DNA from: Lingula anatina
Lineage: Eukaryota > Animalia > Brachiopoda
Direction of reading: 5' to 3'
Assembly (NCBI GenBank): GCA_051362555.1
Contig: CM120645.1
Span: 12,400,001 to 12,464,000, forward strand
DNA length: 64,000 bases
The notes beneath the pieces are model-generated. The model did no database searches and was not told the origin of the DNA. It saw only the letters and a program-made list of their open reading frames with translations. The position numbers and the translations under genes are program-made. Below are positions 51,336-64,000 of this stretch, piece by piece. Position 1 is the stretch's first letter; every line of letters begins with the position of its first letter.

Positions 51336-51419
51336 ATCCACAATTCACCAGGTAAATTCAAAAACACAAATTATTTCACAATTTATTATCCACAATTCAC
51401 CAGGTAAATTCAAAAACAC
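51336..51419. repeat. Local 32-bp direct duplication
   Basis: ATCCACAATTCACCAGGTAAATTCAAAAACAC at 51336 and 51388. Confidence 0.9.
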
Positions 51420-52706
51420 TTCCCTTAGAGAACCATTACAGAGACTAAATGCTGTGTTATACGACGGGTCTCCCAAGTCCTCACACTTGATGAAGCCCAC
51501 CATCAAAGTTGACAGGCCATTTAGCTGTTCAGTTCACTTATTAAGTTATACCACAGGGTGTAATTAAACAGGAAACAAGCTCCTAACACCATCAGCGAGC
51601 AACATAATTACATGTGGGAAGTTTGTAATAACTAGATATAAAATTCTGTACAGTTCTTCAGTTATGTTCTTCACCTAATTGAATCTTAAATCCTCTTCTG
51701 TTAAGTCATTAATGAACAGCAATTAAGCAGTTGAATAAGGCAATTAAGAATTTAGCATAAAATGTGTGAAATTATTAACAAAATTCTTCTCTTTCCTCCA
51801 CAAATTATCTCTCCCCCTAAAAAGCACACTGAAATCCCTCAGACTGTTATTTATTATTAGATTATTAACTACAAGTAAATTCAATTTACTTCTGGTTAAA
51901 ATCACCTGATGCAGCCAAAAGAGCTTCAATAAATAACTGAAATTTCCCTAAATTCACGTACGTTGCCATCTGTTATACCTAAATCAATGTAAAAATAGAA
52001 GTAAATGTTAAATTTAGCCAATTAGGCAGGATTTCAATCCTCAATGTTCCACTTGTAAAATAAGAGTGTTATTCATTAACAGGAACTTGACAATAAAATC
52101 AATAGCACTGTCCCCACTGTGACTGTTACTAAATCTTTATAAAAGATTGTATGCTGACAAAGACTAGCCTTCTGTTCCCTAAACATGAACAGATTTTTAA
52201 AATCCATGTTTTCAAGTTTATAATACAGATACTATGAATATGGAAAGCAGGAACCAATACTGTGCATTGATAAGGTCTGTTTTAATGACATTTTCACTTT
52301 CTGCTTATGTTATCCTAGATGATTACATAATGAAAATCAGCCTTCTCAACGACCTCCCCCCCCCCCCAAGACACACATGCACTCATACACACACACACAA
52401 ACACACGCACACACACAAGTGCGCGCACACACACACACACAAAAGAAGAAAAAAAAAAACTTCTTGTATAATTCCAATCTCCACAGATATATAATATCAT
52501 ATATTTGTATATGAAATAGCATATTATTTGTTCAGAGTGTAATCGTGACAAAATATAGATGATAGCTGCAGCCATTAATCTGAATTATTTATAACATGTA
52601 CTTAATGCAGACGAAAATGGATGTTCCTATAAAAGCAATATGAGTATGCTGGCACTTCCTATGGATACAATTCTTCATAATGCATGGGATTAGATATAGC
52701 CTATAA

Positions 52707-53252
52707 GAGCGCATTCTCAACGAATTAAGCCAGGCTTTACAAAGCCGGTGACCTAAAAATGGCGGACGTACATGAAAGAAAAACCGCCTAATCTTTTAAT
52801 AGTCTCTCCGCCTCCCCACACGTTGTCCCTGCGGGGTACAGTAATTAAATCTCGTCTCCGTTCGCCATGCGGAAGCTACCTGAGAAATATTAAGTGCGCA
52901 TGCTCATCAGTTAAACTCGTGGTGAAGAAAGCATGGCGGCTGAAGGCGATCGAAGGAAAAAAGCTCTTCTGTTCTATCATCTTTGAAAACAGAGACGAAA
53001 AAGGAATAATTTGGCCCGTAGAGCAGCAATGAATCGACTATCTACGGAGATAATATCACCAGAGATATTCACGGAAATATTAATGTTCGGAGCCGAGATT
53101 TAATTACTGTATCCCGCAGGGACGACGTGTGGGGAGGCGTGTGAGAGGCGGAGAGACTATTAAAAGATCAGGCGGTTTTTCTTTCATGTACGTCCGCCAT
53201 TTTTAGGTCACCGGCTTTGTAAAGCCTGGCTTAATTCGTTGAGAATGCGCTC
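52707..53252. mobile_element. 546-bp PIF/Harbinger MITE, TAA TSD, ~155-bp TIRs
   Basis: TAA at 52704-06 and 53253-55. Termini GAGCGCATTCTCAACG...CGTTGAGAATGCGCTC. CpG-rich ~230-bp spacer. Confidence 0.92.
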
Positions 53253-54942
53253 TAAGTAATAAAAGTTCAGTTAATAAGAGGATCTAAACTTTAAAAGCAC
53301 AAGGTGATTAGCTGATGATAGAGAGATGGGCAGTATTCCCCCTAACTTTGTGGCAGGAATAAGGGAAAAGAAAATGTAGAAATCCAAACCTAACCAAGAA
53401 CTGCACTAATTAGTTATGATTAAGAGAAAAAAGCATATGTATTCCATTATTTTACAAATCTCTCAATAATTACGAATCACCGTGGACTTATTTTGTCTGA
53501 AAGGTTGACTGATTTTTACCATGCCTCCTTCACTCCAAAAAAACATTTATTCTGTGATTTTCCCACAAACACTTCCCAACAACATTAGCGCTCTTTTAAC
53601 AAAGTTTATTAGAAAACAAACTGACAAAAATGAAGAACATGACAAACTTCTGCTTGGGTCTGCAGTTCTCTTTTCCTCCAAAAATGCAATCACAAAGAGT
53701 AATGGTCTCTTGTCATGCAACTATTTTGTAACTCTGTTGTGATAAACAGAAACAGCAGCAACTACTAAATCACATTACAGACAAAACCACAGGCACAGGA
53801 AAAATGAAAACTTTGTGCCTAACCTTCACTCATTCCTTTTAAAAGCATGCAGTGATAATTACAATACAACCCCCCCCCCCCCCCCCCCCTCCGTGTCATG
53901 CTAAAAGGCAAACTGTCTGTTTTTTGAATTTTAACTTTTCAGAGAGAGGCATTGACAGCAGTGTCTAACACAATGCATTAGAAAAACCAACCACAGACAT
54001 GATAGAGCCAACTATTTGGTTTGGCCTAAGCCGTGAAAACAAATCCATCATGACAAAAATATGTATGCATATCACCCCCCTGCTGTTTTGCAATTTTTTT
54101 TCAAATAAATATGGAAACACTGCAGATTTACTTTTCTTTTTTTTTTTTTTTTCTACTTCTGCCAAACAGTACCAAGTCACATCTTCGTGACGAGTCTTAG
54201 GTTGCATTCACAATGATACGATTGTTCTAGAAGTTTGAACTCTAAAGGTAATCTCACTGAATGTAATGAGATTAACACACCTCCTCCTGACAGAACACAG
54301 AAAAGCATAATACAGAAAAAATGGTGGAAACAAGAAGAGGGGTGTTAATCTGTTAATCTGACTGCACTCAGCGAGACTCCCCATACAGTTAGTTTGGTTT
54401 ACCTAGTACCAGTACAATAATTCATTATTAATGCACCCTTTAACTTATTTAGTTATTTGTCACATGCAGCCATGATTCATTGTGTTATTGTGTGAGTTGA
54501 AGGCATATATCTTAAAGTAATTGATATTAAAGTGTTCCATTTTTATGAGCTTTTTGTTATTGTACAAAAAAAGCTGCTTTACTAAACAGCTTTGGTAATA
54601 TGCTGGTATATAATCAAACAAATTCTCATCAATTCATTTTTAACAACTCTTTGATTTACAGATGTAAGTTAGTTGTATAATTAATATCAAGCATTTATCT
54701 GCTCCTATGAAAATGTTAGATTGTCCATGTCAACTGTGTGCAGTAAAAGATGCACTAGTTTTGAAGATATTTATAGATGAAACCAGGAGTCTTCAATAAT
54801 ATTTATCAGCCTAACCACACAAACTTAAACAAGGAATTATGCACACGCATGCATGCACACATGTGCGCGCACACACACACACAAGTATACACACATATAC
54901 ATGCACAAACATACACATATATATGTCATACTTACCTTAAAG

Positions 54943-55168
54943 AAACCCATTTCCATAGATTTTTAGATTGATCTATCCCTGTGGGGAGTCTCACTAGATT
55001 ACTGTCAGCTTGGCCGGTTTAAGCGTCTGTCCCGCCTACTAAAAGTTGTAAGGGGGTAATTAACTATGGTGTCCGCTCGGCTGACTGCAATTTAGCCTGA
55101 ACCCCCAGGGAGTTAGGTCGATCTAAAACTTAATCTTTAGATCGATCTAAATCTCTGGGAAAGCACCC
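54943..55168 (+). mobile_element. MITE family B, second copy
   Basis: Near-identical to 43611-43836. Right flank is TTA; the left terminus and TSD are mutated. Confidence 0.85.
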
Positions 55169-58100
55169 TTAATGACATGGATGGTTACATTGTTGACAGA
55201 ATAACAGATACACAAAACATTTACCTGCCTTATTACCCAGCCCTTACTACTCATTAATTCCAACTAACAGCTCTTTTTTTTTTTTGTTCTACACTATTTT
55301 TTCTCCCACAGGCAGTATCCATCAAAATTCATTACAACCTTAACCACAGAGAAGAAAATGACAAGTCATAAATAATGACCTTTTAATTGAATTATTCAGG
55401 AGTTAAAACCCTTTAAATTTTCTGCAACAGAACATTTCAATTTTTCGATAAAGACAAATGGTAGGTATCTTGCTGATAGTTTTTGACAGAGAAATAACAG
55501 TACTTACGTACAGATATTTCGACCATACTCAGTACCCCAAAATGCTGCATTACTTCCAAAAAGTCCTTTATTTTCAATTTTTTTCACCTCATTTAGACTA
55601 TCCCAGAACTGCTAAAATGAAACTGCAATTCACGAAAACCAGACCATACTGTATATGCAGTAATATCTAGTAAGCTGTCTGGGCTAAGATAAGACACTGA
55701 GTCATATAACCCCTATGATCTGTAGCAACACCATAGCTTCCTTGCTATCAGTACTGGTGGCACTACATGTACAGTGTAATAGGGGAAAACTGTATTGATA
55801 TTTTGTTTCCAAGAGGCCATGCAGTTGTGAAGGATTTAGCTCACTGTCTATGCATAATGGTAAAACTTTTTTCAAATTGATTAACCTGGGCACTTTTTAA
55901 ATTGATTTTTTTTACATCAGAAGTGGAATACCAACCTAGCCATGGCCCCCCAAACTGGCTTCTTTCAATTTTCAACTTAATCATTTTATAGTATTCTGCA
56001 ACACTAGTGTGTTACCAAATCTCCTTAGAAATCAAATGCTTTTTTCAGGGTAACTTTTCAACAAAAGAAATACTTTCAAATCAAAATGCTGAAATCTATT
56101 TCCTGTCCTTGCCACTTTGCTGTACAGTCTTCCTCTAATGCACATCAACTTATCTACAATGTAATTGGAACAATTCTCACCAGTGGCTTCTGTAACCATA
56201 TTTGCTAATCTGGAAAGTGAATCCATCATGATCTGTGATTGAATTTGTAGAAAATATCTACTGGAGTATCAACTTGGCTTTGATGTATTTTTTCACTCAG
56301 CAGAAATTGTGTAAAAATGAAATTATTGCTGTATGAATGATGAGAAAGAACATGCCCATGTCATCAGTGGACAGCTATAGTGACCTGTTGTAAACACCGA
56401 AATGCTGAAAAACTCTATTAATTATTCCTTTTTTTTTTTCAAGTGATTTCTACCAACTAAGTATGACATTTTGACCCTACATCGAAATGGCTTGATCCAT
56501 AAATGAAGGTTAGTGCAAAATAATCAAACAATTTGATAAAATTATGAAAACCTTATTTGACTTCTTACTACCCTAATCAAAAGAAGCATTTATATCCCCT
56601 AAGTGCATCAAAAATCCCACATGACAACCAAAAATACAAGTTATTATTTTCACCACATATTAGCAAAGACTGATATTTGGAACCCATTTGGTCTAGACTG
56701 TACATCTTTTCACAAAAAAATAATAAATAAAATAATTTCTTAATGCTGTACATTAAATGAATCGTGGTATCTCTGGCCACTGAAGACAATTATTAAAAAA
56801 AACAGATAATATTTTCACAGCGGATTACATAAGTTCAATTTTTCTAAATCACTTAGTGATACTGCAATAATTTTCTTGTAATGTCTCCCCGCCTGCGTCG
56901 GTCCAAGACAGCCCTGATTGCCAACCCCATAGGATACCAGGTTACACACCTTATTATTTTCATAACACATTACAGGAGTGTGATATTTCCATAAGGTTAC
57001 TTCCATCACCATGTTTCTAAGATAGATGTCTCCCCACAGGCAGCCAAGATGGCCCCTTGTCTAAAGAAGTGTGTGATTTGGCACCGGTAATGGCTGCTGC
57101 TTATTCCCAAATTGCCCGTAATGCCTGCTCTAACTTACAATGATTCTAGAACTCCAGACAAATGATTTTGTGATGTCCAGGATGTTTCATTAAAAGAGGG
57201 GCTAAAATTCATGTCAGTGTAAAGACGACACATACAAAAAACATTTCAGTCATGCAATCATCATTACATCAAACTGCCATAAATTTGCTTTTTTTTTTCA
57301 TAGTTGTGTAGTCCTTTTCTCTTGATTTGACTTTTTGGCTCCTCTGAGTAAAAATGTCTTATCCACAGATTTCACTTGCTTTATAATCAATATGTCTCAG
57401 CAATTTGCCACCAAACAAACAATTTGCACTCAGTCCAGCAAGCCTTACAATATTTGTTCAAGTCAATTTTCCTGTGATGCTGGTCAAAAGATATGCAAAA
57501 AGTACATAATTTTCAAAAAAACTACCCTCAAGGTCAAGATGGCCTTATCATGAATGCGAATCACTATACTGAGGATTCATGTTAGAACACCTAGTTTAAA
57601 GTTTTTTTTCTCATCCAACTCAATTCAATCAAATCAAAAAGTTTTTTTTAATTAATGATTTTTCTATAGCAAAAATAAATGAGGTTTAGCCACTGATACA
57701 ATTTCAGATACAAGCAAAAATTTTCTATTAATATCTATTTATATACAAGGATGAGCCAGCTATAAAAATAGCAGAACCACTTAGATAAAGCCCATTCATC
57801 ATTCTGAGTCTCCATGCCTATCATACTCCTCAGAATTATTGACAAACTTGGCCAAGAATATCACTTAGAATCCATCAGAAAATCAAATGACAAGAATCAA
57901 AAACACAAGGACAATCTGGCGCAGCAGTGCTTCTTATTGATTTCCCATACAAAAATGTCATAGAGGGTGGACGAGACATGGTGGCAGTTATTTCTATCCA
58001 TGTCTTGAAACTGGGCTAGGAGAAAAGACAAGGCATTCTGGACTATGTATCAGCATCAACGGCTGTTGTCATTCTAGACCTGCAACACATTGAAATGAGG

Positions 58101-59087
58101 GTGTCCACTTCCTGCAGAGTTCACAGCAATTGGTAAAGCAATCAAACTGAAATCATAATTGCATTTCTAAAGCAAAGGTTGGAAATAAAACCCATAGTTG
58201 TGATGCCTGGTATGGACTACACCTTAATAATTGCTTACGTAATAATTGTGACAAGGCTTAATATCCAACATAATTGTAAAGACAAAATTGTGTCTTCACA
58301 TGACATGGGACTAGAGTAATAGATAGCACATAAGCATGAATCCCGCCATCATATTCGTGTGCAGCATAACAACATGGTGCTATTAGGCACTGTATTCCCA
58401 TGTTGTTTCATTAGAGGGAGGAAAAAAGCAAAACTGAAAGATTGATTTTTAATGTGCATGCTCCAACTACAAACATCTAGATATGGCCTGATGCATCGTC
58501 AAGGTTGCAAGTATTTCTACCGTAATCTTTCTGAATGCTTTCAATAATTGAGCTTTTCAGTATTTTAAGCTTTTTTTTACTGGGTAATTTGGATTAAATC
58601 ACAGTGCTGCTCAGGGAATTCTTGTCGTTACGCAAATGAAAACATATCAAAGAATAATGATACTTCCCACCAGTGTTCAAATCAGTACTCTTCTTAAAAA
58701 TGTAATGTTTGCAGGACTGAATGTTAACAAAAAAAATTTTTAATTCTTACTCTCTGGCCTATTCTGAATAAAATACTAAGAAACAAATTTTAGGTATTTT
58801 TACTTGAGCTTTGCACTCAGACAAAATGGTATGGCATCTTTTGAAAAATCTAAAAATATATATCACTACAGTACTTCAAAAAGATTCTTAAAAGTGTGAC
58901 ACCTAGGTAGGCACACCTGTATAATCTGCACAAAAAAATAGTCCAAACTGACAAAAGATTAAAATCCTCTTAAAAGAATTAGCTTCAATATATTCTTGGT
59001 CACAACATCAAAGACTATCCTGGTAGCAATAACATTTGTCATTATACTCCTACTCTCACTGCAGGCATATATTAACATGGCACATAT

Positions 59088-59116
59088 CACACACACACAT
59101 GCACTCAAACACATAT

Positions 59117-59159
<43 letters not shown>

Positions 59160-59233
59160 AATATGCACATACACACACAAACAAATACACACACACACAC
59201 TCAAACAAATATGCACACATATACACACACACC
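59088..59233. repeat. (CA)n-rich microsatellite
   Basis: Direct. Confidence 0.9.
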
Positions 59234-60781
59234 ATATAATTGGCTGGCTTTAAAAGAGAGCCCACAAATTTCTAACATTTTTTAATTCAAACCTTTAAGT
59301 AAAATCTCAATATAGCACTTCATTATCCAGTCATCTGATAGTGAAAGTGAGACCTGTCTCCAGGCTCAGATTGCCCTTGTGTGACCACACCTGCTGTTTT
59401 TAATAGACAACTACATGACAGAACTACACAAGTTGACAGAGGATTTTGTTTCCGCTGGCAGCAACTCATCAGAAATTGACAATTATTCAACATTATTACA
59501 TCATATAGAATCACTCAAGTGGTTATCAATTTCCATTTAGCGTGCGTCTCCTCTGGCGATCAACTTGTGACTCAACGTACTAAGCGCCGACTCCGCCAGG
59601 CGATCTTTCTAAATAAAAAATCAGAATTCCTTCTAGCTGCTACTAAGGAGAATAATAACAAGTTGTTTTTAAACTCCTACCTGTTACACAAGGGAAAACA
59701 TGCTCACCAGACTGTCACTAGATAAATGTTCACTGTGATATAACCACTGCCTGCAAATCTTCAACACAGTCTGTCTCCTACTCATCACTGGAGACTTAGG
59801 CAAGGAACAACTTGCTTCACTTTCCCCCCGACTTCAGTCCATACATCATCCCAGAAAACCTCCTTTTTATGATTCTACAGCAACTCCACAGGCTAGAATG
59901 CCACTACATAACATTTCACAGTGCCTATTGATCACCCATCTCTTTTTTTTTTAAAGCTTTTTTCACATTAAGCAACGCCTATATGATGCTCTATCATTCT
60001 TTATCACATCCTATGTTCCCATAGGCTGTATCCATTCAATCTTTCATTCATACATTAAGCTTGTGGGTATGCATGAACAGATACTCAGCCATAATCAAAC
60101 CTCCGTGTAAATAGCAGACTCACCCAAACACAATCAATACACCGGGCCTATATTACATGACCTTGTATAGATTTAGTCTTATTAAATTTGCAAGCTTTCG
60201 GCACACATATAATGTGGGGCCTTTAAGAAATATTGTCCGCATTTGGAAAAGAAGTCAATAAAATTAACCGAGAGCATAACACCTTGAAGAGGTTGAGTAC
60301 GATCTCAAAAGCTGCGAGCTGAAAGAGGTCAGAGGAGCATTCACTATTAAAGAATCGTTTTACTGAGTTAATATTAACTCCTCAAAGAAACAGGTAGCTT
60401 CACAGATATTATTATTATCACCCCTATTACCAGGATACCAATTCAATAAAAAGATCTATCCTAATCAGAGCAACAGTTAATCATGAACGTAATCATAAAG
60501 AAAGTCATAAAAGAGGATTTGGTTACCAGATCTCTACCCCTGCTGACACCAAAGCTGATATCTCCCTATCAAGTTCTCACTCTCTTTGATGTTGTTTTTA
60601 CAAAAAAAATACACATGTATCTGTGGAAGTCACTAATTGAATGTACAAATTAAAAGTGACCTACAGTTTCCCCCCAACATCTTGTGTTAATTAGGGTTCA
60701 CCTGTTTTCTCTGATGGGGTTATATAGTAATAAAAAACACAACAGGGGGTACTTGTATGTCTTCTCAATCAGTAGATATAT

Positions 60782-60784
<3 letters not shown>

Positions 60785-60857
<73 letters not shown>

Positions 60858-60882
60858 ACAGGGTATGTGTATGTGCATGTGT
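60785..60882. repeat. Compound (CT)n(GT)n microsatellite
   Basis: Direct. Confidence 0.95.
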
Positions 60883-63800
60883 AAATGCAAAGATATTTGC
60901 ACCCTTGTGTCAACCCCTTTTTTTACCAATTCAAAATGACTTATACAGAATTTGACTTATTTTTTTCTAAAACTAAATGTGTTAAAAAAGCAATACTGTC
61001 CTGAGGCCAAACACTAATAAAACACACAGTAGGGCACAGGAGACCATAAAATTAGACACCAATAAAACACGACATACTGAAGCCTGTTTTAACAGCTTTC
61101 TTAACTTCCTGAAAGGATGTTTGGGTAATTAATTTCTAATTAATCTTATGGCAAGGTTAATTAACACGTGCATATGTAACTATCCCTCGAGACAGAACGG
61201 CACAAGTACATGAATGATTGAGTATTTTGTTACAGAACACGAATCTGAACTAGAGATCGGAGGTTTGTTATAAGTGTTGTACATGTATTACACCCCCTAA
61301 AAAAGTACAGTACAATTAATTAATGTACTACTTGTACACTATGTACGTACAGTTGCTCACACTCATAAGCATATTGGACAAGAATAAAATGAAGCTGTTG
61401 GACAGGAATAAAATGAGGTATTCTAATTCTCTGGAGCTATATTAGCATCCTTTAGAGTGTAATTAATATATGGAACAGGTATGATAAAATATCATAGGCA
61501 CTCACATGCATGCGCACACAAATGCTCACACACACACACACACTACAGCTACAGGTATAACTGTTACTGCATAGTATATAAAATAAACAGAAGAACAATG
61601 CGCACACACACACACGCACACACACACAAAGAGGGAGAGAGAGAGAAAACATATAACGTGCTTACAACAACCAGGTACAGGTGTGATAGCAAGCTGTGTG
61701 GTGAACAGCCAGTAGTAATGAGGTTATTGATGTGGTCTACCTTATCTAATGTGACTGTCAATTCCACAGGTTGTGCGTTAACATGACAAATGGGATTACG
61801 TATATTTGTGGTCTCGGGTTGAGTTCTATCACATTTTACTACAACTAGACAGTTTTTCCTTTTTTATTGCTGTATGTAATTTGAAATATAAGCATATGTC
61901 AGAATTGCGATATATTGTTAACTCACAGCCTTTCTATAAAAAAAATGTGTTTAAACCAATAAGGATGATTACTTTTAATCCTTGTGTCACAAAAAAGACA
62001 GAAAAAAGAAAAATAACCTTCAAAAATACATATACTTTGCAGGATAACCTTGAATTCACCAGTGGTTGCAACTTTTCCCCTGCTGAATTAGAACAGCAGT
62101 ATTTGTATAATTAGGCACATCTATCATAACCTTGGTCAGTTAAAACAACTCAATCGATCTTCACCTGACCTGCTTTATTACAAGAATTAAATAAAAAGGA
62201 TAAAAAATCTTCTTAAAAAAGGTGGTATTTGCAATTTCATTCTTTTACTTGGCATTTTTTTTTTTCAAACTATCCTGGCCCCATGTGATTAAAAGTGCAC
62301 CTGATTTCCATTTTTTTATATATACACACAATACTGACTTAACTTTTTTTAATCAACTGAAAAATCAAACTTTAACATGACCTGATAAATACATATCTAT
62401 TATAACAATCCATTGCAATTCATTGCATTTAGCAAAGAGAATTTTCTTTACCTTTCGGTAAAAATCAGATGCTGTCATGAGGCCAAAATATTGCATTTGT
62501 CTTAAGAGCTAAGCTGACATGAGGAAAAAACATACTTACATTTTTATAAATTCTCACTGGTATAATTCCCTGACAGCTGACAACCTGACAGATGACCACT
62601 AAGGACTGGAATTCCTACGGGGACTTCCAATGCTGGGAACTCTCCAGAAAACACTATGTGCTAGAAGTGGAAAATATCCTAATTAGTATCATCATCCCTT
62701 ACACTGTTGACCTTTTCCCTGCACAACATATTAATAAAAATATAAAGTGCATTAATATCAATGCAGTTCTGTTTCAAAAGAAGCATTCTACGGACTATAT
62801 CATTTTGGAAAAAAAAACCTGAGCCAATAATTACAATCAATATAGATATTTGCCTTCATGCAAAGTGCATATCACATTTACCAAAAACTTAACTACTGAA
62901 AAACAGGTTTAGTTCCAGTTTCCTCTAAATTTTTAGATGTATTCTAAAGTAATTTGGACTTATTATGCAACAATACAAAATGTGTCATATTAAAATGTAA
63001 AAATTATATTTCTTTATATGTTGCATTATGATGTTTTATATCTTTTAACAAAGTCATGGATTGTGTCTTTTGTAGAAAAACTGACAAAAGCAATGTCCCC
63101 AAGTAATCATTAAAATGAAGGATGACAAAAATTAAATCTTGGAGCCTGAGAGTTCTCCAAATAATGGACATAGAATAATATCCCTCTGACTAAAAAAAAA
63201 ACTGCAAAAAATCTGTCAACAAAGAAAAAATTCAAATCACAAGACAGTTCACAAATTTCCCTATTGTTATTCAGGGTCCTTGTACAAATAAATCCCACTG
63301 TGGAATGTCTGATCAACAACCAATTTATTTCAACTTTCATCTTTTGTAATTACTTTGATTATGAAGAATATCCGATGATGATATCGATATAATTGAAACC
63401 AAAAAAAAAAAAAAAAAACAATTCACACTTCTTCCGTTACATCCTTTGACATGATTGCAAAAGCAATAATTTCAGTGTTCACAGTGACTGCTCTTCCTTG
63501 TGGGAAGGGGGTAAGAATAGGGCAATACACTTTCTTTAACAACAAAAAAGCATCACCTGAAATTTTTACAGCATTTCTTAAGAGCACAGCCATTACTGTC
63601 CTACATTCTCTCTTTCTTGAAGGGTTCTACAAGAAAAAACAGCCAGCCCTCTTGAGGATGATGCAATCCCATCATAATTATAATAATCAACTATTGATAA
63701 ATACCATGAATTCAGAAATAGATTTTTAATCTCTACCTCTATTACAGGAGTTAATCAAAAACAAAAAAAGGCATCTTAAACATGGGTTTTTGGATCGTAA

Positions 63801-63898
63801 TTCTGTGAATGGTTTTGGATATGGCAAACCTTGGTGATTAAAAAATTGAAATCTCCAGTCAAATTTAATTTTTCCTATATAAAGGCCTAACCCCCTAA

Positions 63899-64000
63899 GG
63901 CCCCATTCAGAACAGTGGACTAACTATACTGCGGATCAAATATGGTGACCCACTAAAAAACTTGCCATCTCATCTGCTAACAGACAGTGAATAGATTCCC
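63899..64000. mobile_element. Left part of a Harbinger-like MITE related to 37630-37814, cut by window end
   Basis: TAA|GGCCCCATTCAGAACAGTGGACTAAC...GGATCAAATATGG..ACCCACTAAAAA..TGAATAGATT matches the 37630 element. Confidence 0.75.

Overview
AT-rich, CpG-poor eukaryotic (animal) DNA. The repeat types suggest a marine invertebrate, plausibly a mollusc or other lophotrochozoan (inference). I find no intact protein-coding gene, RNA gene or CRISPR array. Most ORFs in the track come from microsatellites, tandem repeats or chance. The + strand looks A/C-skewed by eye, and several small, well-bounded GT-AG exon candidates lie on the - strand, so the window is probably mostly intron or 5'UTR of a large minus-strand transcription unit. 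The recognisable content is mainly non-autonomous DNA transposons: (1) a Helentron-type HINE with a partial head-to-tail duplication (1847-4856); (2) a 1.64-kb near-perfect foldback element with ~658-bp arms nested in an older MITE, each arm carrying a CCAAT/ETS-CRE promoter-like module and ATG|GTAAG (30665-32309); (3) several PIF/Harbinger-type MITEs with 3-bp TSDs; (4) two MITE families with 5-bp TSDs; (5) an 8-bp-TSD element built from 16-bp repeats; (6) a TTAA-flanked piggyBac deletion derivative. There are also very decayed LINE and Gypsy fragments and many micro- and minisatellites. All coordinates and mismatch counts were read by eye.
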